From NCBI GenBank assembly GCA_000708835.1, contig DF237177.1, positions 72,563 to 136,562 of the forward strand: a stretch of DNA of 64,000 nt, given 5' to 3'. The position numbers and the translations under genes were made by a program. The notes under the pieces are model-generated. The model had not been told where the DNA came from, made no database searches, and saw only the letters and a list, made by a program, of their open reading frames with translations. Origin of the DNA: Klebsormidium nitens. Taxonomy: Eukaryota; Plantae; Klebsormidiophyceae. Below, piece after piece: positions 36,901 through 48,400 of the stretch. The first letter of the stretch is position 1, and every line of letters starts with the position of its first letter.

Positions 36901-38011
36901 GGAGCACCTCGTGCACGCTGTACTTGAACCCCTGCTTCGGTGGCCGCGCTTCACCATGCGCCTCGCACGCCTGGAAATGGAGCGCCGCCTCAGGGACGTT
37001 GAGCACCGAGGTCAGGAAACGATCCCGAACCGAGTGGAAAGCCTCCAGGCGCCGCTCCCAATCGCTGCGGTTCTCGACAGGGGCCGAATTGTCCAGGTCA
37101 AAGTAGATGCGCCAGCAGGCATCGTCTTGAATGATCTCGTACCAGTGAGCGTACGGGCCGATCAACCTCCGATGCGCTACCAAAGCTGCAATATCTTGGA
37201 AGCTGCCATACCGTTTTGCCCCGTTCCTGTTGAGGTCCTCGGCAACCAGGACTGTGTGCCCGGCTGCCCGCTGTTGCTGGAGCGCAATATCCAACTTTTT
37301 GCACCAGCCGGGCCCCCTATCTTCGACTGATGCAGCCTGGGGGGGCTCCCTGGGCAGCTGCGCAGGCGGCTCCATGGGCGGAAGTGGGGATGATGGCTCT
37401 GCAGACGGCTCAGGTGCAGCGGGCTGACTTGTGTCCGCTGCCGGGAGCTGGTTTGGCAGGACGACGGGCGCCTGCTCCTGGTGGGCGAGGGGAGGGGAAG
37501 GGGCGACTGCTGGGGGCTGACCCGGGACAACCTCGGCCCATGCATTGTCGGCGGGGCGCGGGGCTATGACCAGGGGCACCTGGGGCTGGTCAGCGAGGGG
37601 GTGAGAGGGTGGGTGCCCAGTGGGGAAGGGAGGCTCACGGGGCTGCGAGAGGGAGGGAGCCAAACCCTGAACCTCATCCATGGAAGGCTGGTTGGCCGGC
37701 GGCGACGGTGGGGCCTGATCATCTTCTACTGCGGATGAAGAGGGGGTCTTCCTCCCACTAGGAACAGGCGCACTCGAAGCGGGGTCTTCCGCCCGAGAAG
37801 AAAAAGACATGGACGGCAGAGGGGACGAAGGGCTCGCGTTGCGGATAGTGCGGGCCAAGGCATCCCCCGTCCCGCATGCACCCAGGGGGCGCACGCGCCC
37901 ATATGTTTTCAACCGCTCCTCTCGCGCAGCCGCCTCTTCAGCGCCTCGCTTGGCTTGCAGGCGGTCTACCAGAGCTCCAATGTCTGGAATGGGAGCGTCA
38001 GTCACCAAACC
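30975..38011 (-). CDS. Intron-split fusion of an AEP/PrimPol primase, a Zn finger and a UL9-like (replication origin-binding) SF2 helicase; one apparent frameshift
   Basis: Exon ~38011-36228 has WYEII..RIYFDLD, KYSVH, DDSVYDRRRCFRLLRSSK and CC..H..C..C. Exon 34682-33963 has SAKKGVGKS and MDEMD..MDANID. Exon 33337-32711 has VV|CPSTSK, AFSPKLGPGVS and QQHARFR. Further exons lie near 32421-32000 and 31600-30975. Frames join at CAG|gtgagt/ctgcag| and GTG|gtaagc/gcgcag|, but a 1-nt shift is needed near 34045. The 5' end is unresolved. Confidence 0.75.
33480..33720. repeat. Intronic degenerate tandem repeat (CAGGCCCACAGCAGACCACAGAC)
   Basis: Units at ~33516, ~33566 and ~33695. Confidence 0.6.
34850..35950. 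repeat. Intronic degenerate repeats (AAACCAGGCCC.CTGCAAACAA.AAACGAGC...)
   Basis: Units at ~34934, ~35228 and ~35728, each followed by similar downstream sequence. Confidence 0.65.
35546..35720 (+). pseudogene. Fragment of a third D5-like SF3 helicase inside an intron, antisense to the host gene
   Basis: LKSIICTDSLPKFDVKDSGTLKKLRVFPFDREFVEKPKPNTNERLIDYQL resembles D5 motif C plus the arginine-finger region. Confidence 0.6.
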
Positions 38012-40265
38012 CTGCAGCAGTTTGAAGAGGGTTTATGTAAGCACCCAAAACCACGCCTGAGAACCTTGGGTCCCTGATTATCAAGGTGCTAACATGCCAA
38101 TTAACGATCCGAGAACATATATTGGGCAATCTTCCCCAGCAAAGCGCGAGCGATGCATCCTGTTTGTCAGGGTTTGGGGGCCAGTTGCATACGCACAAGC
38201 CGATTGCTTGCGCCTTGACCTTTGCCTTAACCTGGATGTTGATCCTAACCTTAACCTCACGCATCAAATAGGTAGGGCCAACCGCATCGCGGTTCAGTGA
38301 GCTGCAACAGAGGGAGGTGTTCTACCAGGCATCTTACGACGGGTGGCGCATGGCGCGGGCCTCCAAAGTCACCAAGCTCGGTTTATGTACAGCTTGCTCT
38401 TCACGTTGCATTCCGGAGGCCTTCAATGCCCCTAGAGTTCGGCGGTGAGCTTCAACGGCCGCTCGACTGGCCGCCCGAGCTGCCTCATCCACTAAGACAG
38501 GGTTTGGTTTTACCCTTTTGCTGTGGAAGCAAAAGGAGAGGTCGGGTCAGGACTGGGAATGTCTGCAGCACTAGTGGTTGACGGCAGGCCTGCTCCAGAA
38601 GCAATCTACCCAAGCTCTGGGACAATGCGATGAACCCCGCCTCAATTGAAAGGGGTGCCCTTGCCATTCGCAATCCTCAAAGAGCGCCACTTGCATCTGA
38701 GGGCAAACGAATGAGACGTACGCCAAAATGAGGAGACAAAGCAATCAGCTGAGCCAACGAGCTCACCGGGGCTTCTTCGGAACCGGCCGGCCATCCTTGG
38801 CGCCACCGGTGTTGATGGCGTCGCTTCGCCGTCCTGGTCCTGTACCTGAAGGCCAACGGGTCGGCAAACGTGTGAGCTAAAAATGAGCGCAATCGCAGCA
38901 ATCAAAGTACCGCTGATGTGTGTGATGGGGCTGGAATCTGCAGAAGCGAAGCCAGGTTCTAGCCAGTTTAGGATGGCCTTTGTGGGAGAGGCAAATGGCA
39001 AGGAGCAGCCAATGAAGCATTGGGCACGAGATGAGGGCATGCAAGTGGCACTGTCCTGGCGAGCTTGGCAACGCGTGCCACGTAGAGGACGGTGCTACAA
39101 AGATGCAACATGGCCAGAGGCTCACCATCACCCCAATCTCTCCAGCTGATGGCACCGCCGTCGATTCCATAGCAGCCCCACTCGGGGGCACGTCATGCAG
39201 CAGGAGGTCTGTCTCCGCCCAAGGATCCTCTCCAGGAGGCGCCTGATCACAAGCAGCAAGCGGAGAAAGACATCTGTCAAGTTCAGGCGCGAGACCTGCG
39301 CTATCTGGGTGGAAATAAGCGCCTGATCAACGAGATCAAGATCATCGGGGAAGACCAGGAGCGGCTGCCGGACGACCATCCCCCCAGGGTCTTTGGCCAG
39401 ATACGCCCAGCAGTGACAACCCTCAGAATTGATCAGAGAACTAGAGGATGCTCACTTCGGAAAGATGCGCCGCGGCGCCATCAAGCACTAGTGTGTCCCC
39501 TCCCGATGCTAGGGAACACTCCCCTTCCGCCCGGATTCCCACTGAAGATGGCCCCGGATTGCTCTCGATTCCGCCCATCATCAGAAGCTTCGCTGCAAAC
39601 GATCGACCAAACTAGATTGATCGTTGACGTAGATAGGCAGGCGACCGTGGAAATGACCAAGAATCTCAGCAGAGCGAGTGGGCGATCTTATGAGGGCAGA
39701 ACACTGAAGCGTCAAGGCTCTTGAGCTTCAATGTATCTTTTGCGCACACAGCTGAGGCCTGTTCTGAACCTTTTTCCAACGTCCGGGGTTTCACTGATGG
39801 TACGGTTAGGGGCCAAATGTGAAGCCGGATCTCACTTCCCATTATGATCATCTAAGCAACTTACCGATCAGATGTCTGCTTTTCGGTGTCGCGTCCCTCC
39901 AATATCCGTCTTGCTGCCAGACGTTGCCACCTGTCAAGGAGAGGGAAGGCAATCAATCTTTTGGTATGCTTCGGGGCAATGGGAAAAGGCTCGAAAGAAG
40001 CCTCCAAGCTTTGCGTGGAGAGGTCCGCAGGTAACATACAGACAGATTGCAATTTGAGACCAGCTCTGCAAAGTGAGGGGTTTGCGCTCGTGATCAAGTG
40101 AAGAGTGCACCAGGCGAGCCCTCACCCCTCTGATGTGACTCCTCGTCAAGGGCTCGTGCCAGTTCCGCCTTCACTTTGTACACTTCACAGCTCCGTGCCC
40201 ACTCTGCAGGATGCCGCGAAGCACATGTCTGTGCAACGAGCGCTCACATACAAGGCATAGCATGC

Positions 40266-40540
40266 CTACACAATCTGCATACTTGCATGGTTGGGTGGGC
40301 ACAACTCTTGATCAAGCAACTGATGTAGAGGTCTAGCAGCCCTCAGGAACCGTGATCTTACCCCCGACGGTGCAGCAGCAGCTGCATAGGGCTCACCTGC
40401 GCGGGTCCTCTCCAACATGAAGAATCGCTTGAAGTCGCGATGCACACAGCAGGAGTACTTTAGGTTGCCCCCTTCCTTGCTTCCGCGCAGCCCATGGGTT
40501 GCAGGGGCACCACATTCTTCGCAGTAAGCAGCGTGCGAAA
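40266..40540 (-). CDS. Small protein with a single EsV-1-7-like cysteine motif
   Basis: CEECGAPATHGLRG..KYSCCVHR..FM resembles the C..C..a.yg..g...yC..H...M repeat of giant-virus proteins. One copy only; start not defined. Confidence 0.4.
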
Positions 40541-40704
40541 CTGGTGAGGAAAGACAGAGAACAGGGATCAGGAACACACTTCAAGAAGTGTCAGACTTCA
40601 GCAAGTGTTGCAGAAGATGCTCGCCCTTAGAGGATTTCTGGCAGATGCGATAAACACACGACACTTGAAAACAACAAGCTGGGTAGGTCCAGGAAAGTGT
40701 CCGG

Positions 40705-41065
40705 CATGGGGCTGACAATTTGCACCACCAGTCTATGCATGCAAGCTTCTCAGCCGGTGCAAATTGTCAACCCTCGAACCATCGATCACCACAGAAAGTA
40801 GCCGGGAAAAGGCCCAGCATGGGGCTGACAATATGCACCACCAGTCTATGCATGCAAGCTTCTCAGCCGGCGCAAATCATTCAGGCCTCGAACCATTAAT
40901 CACCACAGAAAGTAGCCAGAAAAACGCCCGGCATGGGGCTGACAATATGCACCACTGGACTAAGCATTTGAGATTCTCACCCGATGCAGATTGTCAGACC
41001 CTCGTATTTATCCGAGAACCAAGGACAGCGCCCGGTATGGGGCTGGAGCTGACAATCTCTACCAG
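40705..41065 (+). repeat. Third array of the ~113-bp palindromic-core repeat (3-4 units)
   Basis: CTGACAAT at 40712, 40825, 40939 and 41049. The first unit reads TGACAATTTGCACC..GGTGCAAATTGTCA. Confidence 0.85.
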
Positions 41066-41659
41066 CCGTTCTTTGACATCTTGGGTGGAGGAGCAGTGAG
41101 ACTTGACCAGCCATTCTTGGCATGAGAGCTTCAGAGCTCCCCTGGACATTCATAGCGTTGCAAAACCCGTTGCACCCCTGTACTGTTGCAGAATCGAACC
41201 TATTGCACCCCTGTACTGAAAGTGGACAACTGATTGAACATCACAGAGGCCCGATCAAGGTACAGGTCTGCAGGTGCATGCTGCTAAGTTCTCACCGTTG
41301 TCCCCGACAAAGAAGCTAGTGAGTCGCTCCCTTGCTTTCGGTCCAGCTCGGGGCAGGTCCTGATTCGTGGCAGCTGGGCTCGTGGGCGCTGGGTTTGTGG
41401 AAGCCCTGTGCGCTCTGCGGGAGGTTGTCGGTGGTCGCTGCAGCCCCTCCAGGTGGGCCTGCATGATCGACTTCAAGACATCCTCAAAGCCCTTTTGCAG
41501 GCCCGCATCTGCAGTGCTCGCCAGCGCCTCGAGCCCTGCCATCGCGGCATGCAGGCTCCCATCCCAGGCNNNNNNNNNNNNNNNNNNNNGGAAGAGAGCG
41601 AGCAAGATCACACCAGGGCTGAAACCATTCAACCCACGAGCTGAAGGATTTTGGGGCCG

Positions 41660-42050
41660 GTGGAGTTGACCAGTCAAAACTTCCCTTGCTAGTATAAGCA
41701 TTCCAATCTTTCAAGGCAGAACTTTTGACTTCCAGATGTCCCCAGGCCAATCCAACAGTGATCCTGCAGGCGCTTGGAGCGGCAGCGCCCACCAGTCAAA
41801 ACTTCCCTTGAACATGTAAGCATTCCAACCTTTCAAGGAAGAACTTTTGACTTCCAAAGCTCCCCGGCCAACCCAACAGTGCTCCTGTAGGCGCTTGGAG
41901 CGGCAGCGCCCATCAGTCAAAACTTCCCTTCAAAGTATAAGCATTCCCGCCTCAGCCCTGATCCTAACAGTGTTGTACGGATCAGCGCTGGGGGGCAGTC
42001 AAAACTTGCTCCATGAATATAAGCATTCCAAACTTCCAAGGCTGACATTC
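41660..42050. repeat. Tandem ~122-bp repeat (CAGTCAAAACTTCCCTT..AAGCATTCC)
   Basis: Unit starts at 41671, 41793 and 41914, with a partial unit at 41996. Confidence 0.8.
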
Positions 42051-43330
42051 TGACTTGCAGTCAACCTGGCCGTTCTACTCATGATCCTGAAGAGCCTCGT
42101 AAGCTGCAACCAAGATGCTGGCCTTACCCCAGCTTTTGACTCCGCGCCACTCATTGCGCCATGAACCACCTCATGCATGGGTTGAACCAAGGGGCTGCTC
42201 AAATTGGGTGCAGCACCAGATGAGCGCGGGGTGGCTTCCTTTGTTGCTTGATTCCCCCCCTGCAGAGAGAGAGCCTACGATGACATCACCGAAGGCACAT
42301 GTTGTCTGGCTCTGTGTCTGGCACGCAAAGCACTGGTCTATGTGTCTGAGCTTTCACACTAGAGCAAATTGACCAGCAGATTGCGCCATGAATCTCACAA
42401 GAAACCTCAGGAAAGTGCGCGGCAGGAGCTGACAGTTTGCACCAGCCTCCAAGCCCAAAGCAAATTGTCAGCCCTTCAGACCTTTGCTCTACAATCATAG
42501 AAGGGCCCGTGAAGTGCCTGGCAAGGCCCAACGGTTTGCACCAGCTGCATAATGCATTTGAGCCTCCAAGCCAATGCAACTTGTCAGACCTTTCATTTGT
42601 TGACTGCAGAAGGACCAAGGAATGTGCCTGGCAGGAGTTCACAAATTGCAATGGCGGGNNNNNNNNNNNNNNNNNNNNAATATAAGCATTCCAGACTTCC
42701 AAGGCTGACCTTCTGACTTGCAGTCAACCTGGCCATTCTACTCATGATCCTGAAGAGCCTCGTAAGCTGCAACCAAGATGCTGGCCTTACCCCAGCTTTT
42801 GACTCCGCGCCACTCATTGCGCCATGAACCACCTCATGCATGGGTTGAACCAAGGGGCTGCTCAAATTGGGTGCAGCACCAGATGAGCGCGGGGTGGCTT
42901 CCTTTGTTGCTTGATTCCCCCCCTGCAGAGAGAGAGCCTACGATGACATCACCGAAGGCACATGTGTCTCTGCTGCTGTCTGGCTGTGTGTCTGGCACGC
43001 AAAGCACTGGTCTATGTGTCTGAGCTTTCACACTAGAGCAAATTGACCAGCAGATTGCGCCATGAATCTCACAAGAAACCTCAGGAAAGTGCGCGGCAGG
43101 AGCTGACAGTTTGCACCAGCCTCCAAGCCTAAAGCAAATTGTCAGCCCTTCAGACCTTTGCTCTACAATCATAGACGGGCCCGTGAAGTGCCTGGCAAGG
43201 CCCAACGGTTTGCACCAGCTGCATAATGCATTTGAGCCTCTAAGCCAATGCAACTTGTCAGACCTTTCATTTGTTGACTGCAGAAGAATCAAGGAATGTG
43301 CCTGGCAGGAGTTCACAAATTGCAATGGCT
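42015..43330. repeat. ~650-bp direct duplication across a 20-N gap, containing degenerate palindromic-core units
   Basis: 42015-42658 matches 42679-43330 with small indels and substitutions. CTGACAGTTTGCACC..GCAAATTGTCAG occurs at ~42429 and ~43101. Confidence 0.7.
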
Positions 43331-45466
43331 GGTCTGTGTGTTTAAGCTCCAATTGGTCTGTTCAATCTGAGCTTTGATTGATCTGTTCCATATGGCCTGA
43401 CTGCGTGGACCTCGCACGCACAGAACAGCGTTGATGAGCTCACCCCAATGGAAGGCGGTAATCCAACAGAAGGGGTGCCTTCCTTGGCGTCAAAGAGGGT
43501 GGCTGCCAGCTCCTGCGACAGCGCTGACGTCTTCTCTGCCATCTGCTGCAAGAATTGAACAGATAATGCTCAGAGGATCCCTCAGATTCCGAAGATGCAT
43601 TGACGAGCAATTGACTTCTGGTGAGAATCAATGCAATCCATCAGCTGTGATTAGTCCTGCTTTGCAAGCACAGCCCTCAGCCTGCAATGTGCAGGCCGGC
43701 CAGCTGCGGAAGCACATAAGCCTGGGCACAAGAGCTTACCTTTTGATTTGGTGCGCAGTGCGACTGCCCACGTACTCTGTTTTCACTGAATATTCAACCT
43801 GCACCAAGGCCATGAAAGAGTATGTGCATGCATGCATGCGTGCAAGATGTCATATTGGATCAGCAAGACATGTGCATGTTGCTGACTGCCCGCTCAATTG
43901 CATACTAATGTTGATGGAAAAACGCACGCCTGGTCAGGTTCCAACATGCCTAGCAGCCCCTCTCTTCCAAGAGCACAGAGACCCAGAAACATCCATCTGA
44001 CAGCACACAGCACAGGCCTTCAGGATTGTTTTAAAAGATAGAAGGCAAGCTGCTCCCACCTGACCGTCATCAGACGCCTGCGCGCAAGACGTGTTGACCG
44101 CAGACTCCCGGCTCCTAAGCTCGCTCCAGAGCTCTTTCCAGAAATGGAGCCTTTGCTGTTTTGAGAAATGAAGTTCGGGACCATGGCAGCCCACGAAAAC
44201 AAGCTCAAAGAGCTGCCAAAGGATGCCAGAGTGCGCCATCGGGTGCCGCCGGCAAGTGTGCCTGATGACCTGTCCAGAATCTGAGTCACATTCAAGGAAT
44301 CTGAGTCAGCTGTGGAAACATCTGAAAGCAAGCTTGATAGCGGCAATGCGGTGAGCAATCTTCAACAACACCCGGGGAAGCCACCATCGTAAGTCACAAG
44401 GAAATTTTGCATCGACCATTGCCTTGCTGCTTCGCGCTACCCGTGGCCTGTCTACTGTATACCTTAAGCTGCTTGCTGCGAACATTGCCAGTGAAGTGGG
44501 TGGGAACGGTCTGCAACAGCCTGGTAATCACACACACACGAGCTGGTAATGGTGAGCCGGCCAGGTGCCAGGTCCTTCTGGGCAGATAGCTTATCCGCTC
44601 CGTGGCGGCGTTGGGGAAATGCAAGGTCGCGCCGACTGGTGTATGGGCAGTACTACATCTCTAGTGCTAAGGCATCTACAGCTGGACATGCATTGAAGCT
44701 AGAGATGATCATTGGCTTTTATACTACCTTGGCCGCGTTGAGCCATCGGGCGGCGCGCCGACGTTACCAGGATACACATGAGAGATTGTCTCTTTTCTTT
44801 TCAAGCGCCATAGTCACATGGGCTTGACATCAGAAGTTTCACTGTGCGAATGTGCATATCAACGCAAGCCATGCGTATGCACAGGCATATGGTTAATATG
44901 GTTTTTCCAGTACGATAGAGCCAGGTTGGGCAGAATATGCAATAATCGCTACAAGACATGAAATCGAGCTTGATAAAGAACCCAAGTGCATCGATCGTTG
45001 TGGTCAATGCATATGACACTAGCGCCATAGCCTGCCAGTGTGCAAACCTCGGTTCTGCATGTCAATTTATCACCTGTCAGTGTTGCATCAAGTGCACCAG
45101 CATGCATCCAATACGTGGATAATCCCTGCGAACAGTCAGAGTGTACCCAAAGTAGCAATCACTCATTCTGATTTTCAGCTGGATTACAGCACAGACTGGA
45201 TCAAGACCACCGGCTTCCATTCCCAATTTCTCCGCGTCGCAATCTCTTGCAGCATGTCTCCTAGCAGCACACGGTCGGTCACGCAACCAAACTCCAATCT
45301 TGTCTTCGTTTCTCTGCCCACCTCTAGCTGCGTCATAGGAATAACAACGCCATGAACCAAGAAACTGAATTAATCGAATCAGCTGGAAGCCCATCCAGAA
45401 AATGAGTTTCTGAAACTTCGTTCAAACCAAAGCGTGCAAAACCTTTGCCCCATTTCCGACAGGCTT

Positions 45467-48400
45467 TCAAAGAGGAATGTTGGATCCTGACCTCACAAAC
45501 CCAACACAGCTTACCTCCATGCGCTCTCCAAGGTTCGCCACAGCAAACGGATGATGGTGCGGGACGGCGCTGAAGGCCACGAACGTAACCTTGGTCGTTA
45601 TCTTCAGAAGTTCTCTTGCCTCGACCGGCCCCGCAACATAGAACTTGCTGAGGTGGTCCGTAAAGGACTCCTTGAATCTCTGCAAGGCCGTGTTTTCCTA
45701 TCTCAGTCTCAGTCTCACTCTCCTTCTGCGGCAGGCCAGTGACTCAAACGCACCCTCGATCACGTTTGAGGAAGAAGCATGCGAACATTCATCTGCGCAT
45801 GCCATTAGAATGTGGAAAGAGGTATTGTGCCTTCCGAAACGGAGCCAATTCCAAACGCGAATGCACATTCTGGTACTTACCTGTCTTTCCTCTAGGCGCT
45901 TGGCGGAGAAAAAGTACGCTGAGGTAAGTCCATCCAGGGTCTCGAACAGTAGCAGATCGATTTCGCAGGTAAATTCCTTCTTGCTGTAGGCAAAATCCCC
46001 CGAAAACGCCACTACTTCTCCCTGTGAAGCGAAAAGAGTACGAAGAGTAAAAACTATATGAAAAGCCGCCCAGCCTCTAAGTCCACCAAACCCCAACCGA
46101 CGGAGAAGTGAACAGAAAAGGGTGCGACATCCATCTGATCGATCCTTAAAAAGGAGGAAGGGAAGCATGGAACCTTGAAAAAGAGCCGCTCCACTCTGCG
46201 AGGGCGACGGGATAAGTGCTCGTAATGAGATAACGGACCGCCCTAACATGCTGCTTCTCAGTTGCTAACCAAGGTATCCAGCACGGGCTGCTCAGAGCTT
46301 CTCTGCCCTGACTGTCCTGAAGCACAGTAAGGTTTGGTCTTTTGACAGGGGGGCTGCGATTGAGAAGCGGAGCTTCTTCACAGAGAGGAACAACTGCTAG
46401 GGACAAGTGCTGTACAGACTCGATGAATGACGATGTTATGCAAATGACAAAACATGTTTACCTGAATGTTGTACCGGTGCTTCCAGAAGGCAATCGCCTC
46501 TCCACTCCGCAAAATCAGCTCCAGCACCTTCCCTTCCGCTCGGTTGATGGACCCGTCCTTTTGTCCCAGCACCTGCGTGAAAGAACGAAGAAGGTCGGCT
46601 TTCTAAAATGCAGGGGCACCAGACGACAAGCCATGCATACTAATGGCTAAAGCGAAGGCTTGTTCTTTTCAACGTTAAGGTCAACGTTAGGCAACTCCAA
46701 ATCCGACTCCTTCGATAGTGCAATAACAGATGCCCCTTGGGAGCAACCAAAGCAAGGATGAAAAGGTGCAAAGTGGCGGGTGGCAGCCGCCCACTCCAGA
46801 ATGTCGTCCGAGGAGGTAGATCCCACTCAGAGCCAAAGGGGTCATGGAACACGTAATCGGTGTTGCAAAGAGGTGCGAGGGAGCTGCTGGCGCCTCAGTG
46901 CAGTGTACCACAAACCAACCGATTTTATTGAACACTGCTCGAACCGACGTGCAACTTGCCACTGACGTCTACAGTCAGGCCTTAATAAAGACCAACAACT
47001 CGGCCTGTACTAGGACTCCGAGGGCGCAATCGCAAATGGTGACAAGTCCGTGACACCCAATAAAAAGGTCAAAGCGAAAGGGAGCATTGATTGATATCTG
47101 AGCTCCGTCTGTCCTTTGCAAAGGCTACCAGAAGCTTGGCGATGTCCCCTCATTGCCAGACAGTTGGCAACAATTGCACCGCTCTGAGGTTTGCTCCTAG
47201 GAGAAGCTGATCTGACCTGGATCGCCAGGATTCGCGCGTCGAGGGGCTCGTACAGAGAGTGCTTGCTGAGAGGCTTGGGGGCAATGAAGCCGTGCTCCAC
47301 CAGACGCTGGACATGAGACTGATCCTGCTCGGAGAGGGTTCCGCTCCCGAAGTCCNNNNNNNNNNNNNNNNNNNNNNNNNNNNNNNNNNNNNNNNNNNNN
47401 NNNNNNNNNNNNNNNNNNNNNNNNNNNNNNNNNNNNNNNNNNNNNNNNNNNNNNNNNNNNNNNNNNNNNNNNNNNNNNNNNNNNNNNNNNNNNNNNNNNN
47501 NNNNNNNNNNNNNNNNNNNNNNNNNNNNNNNNNNNNNNNNNNNNNNNNNNNNNNNNNNNNNNNNNNNNNNNNNNNNNNNNNNNNNNNNNNNNNNNNNNNN
47601 NNNNNNNNNNNNNNNNNNNNNNNNNNNNNNNNNNNNNNNNNNNNNNNNNNNNNNNNNNNNNNNNNNNNNNNNNNNNNNNNNNNNNNNNNNNNNNNNNNNN
47701 AGCGGGAAAAGATGGCAGTCGGTTCGCATGATTGAACGATGAGTCTTCAAGGTGTTAGGTTTTTAATCAGGGCGCATCTGAGTAGGAAGATCTGCTTCAA
47801 AAAGAAAGCAGGCTGGCCAACACAAAGGCGCTAAAGAGGACAATTGCGCGTCAGATCACAAGCCCACAAGCAGTCTCGATCTCAATCGTCTATCTGAACC
47901 ATAAGCTTTTCAGTTCCGAGTCTCTTCCCTCTTGTGACTGACGCTATCTTGATTCGTGTACCAGAAATCCCTGGCTTCACGGAAGCAGGAAGTGGACAAC
48001 AGACATCCCTGACAAGAAACTAACAACCCAGAATTTCGCACTTGATGGCCTTGTAATGATGAAAGCAGGAAGTGTAGCACCTTCAGTGTCAACCTACACT
48101 CCCATCCCAGAATCTGTAGACCAAAAGGCTCTGACTCAGTCAACTGACGAGAAACCTTACCTCATCGGGTAAGAGAATAGCGCTCTTCAATCCGCGTGCC
48201 AACAACTCCTCCGGGGTTGGGCTCGTACCCTCAACATGATCGGCCAAATTAAAGCCGGAACACGTGACGCGCCTCAGAAACACTGCGGGGTCGAAAACTG
48301 CCGCCTCCATCTGATCCATCACAAGCACAGATCTTATAAGCTTATGACTCCTCTTCCCACTGGAGAATATGCACCAATCATTGATCTGACCCAACTCAAG

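Noticed and set aside
43340-45400. Scattered short ORFs suggesting another gene
   Set aside because: No consistent strand, splice chain or domain could be established.
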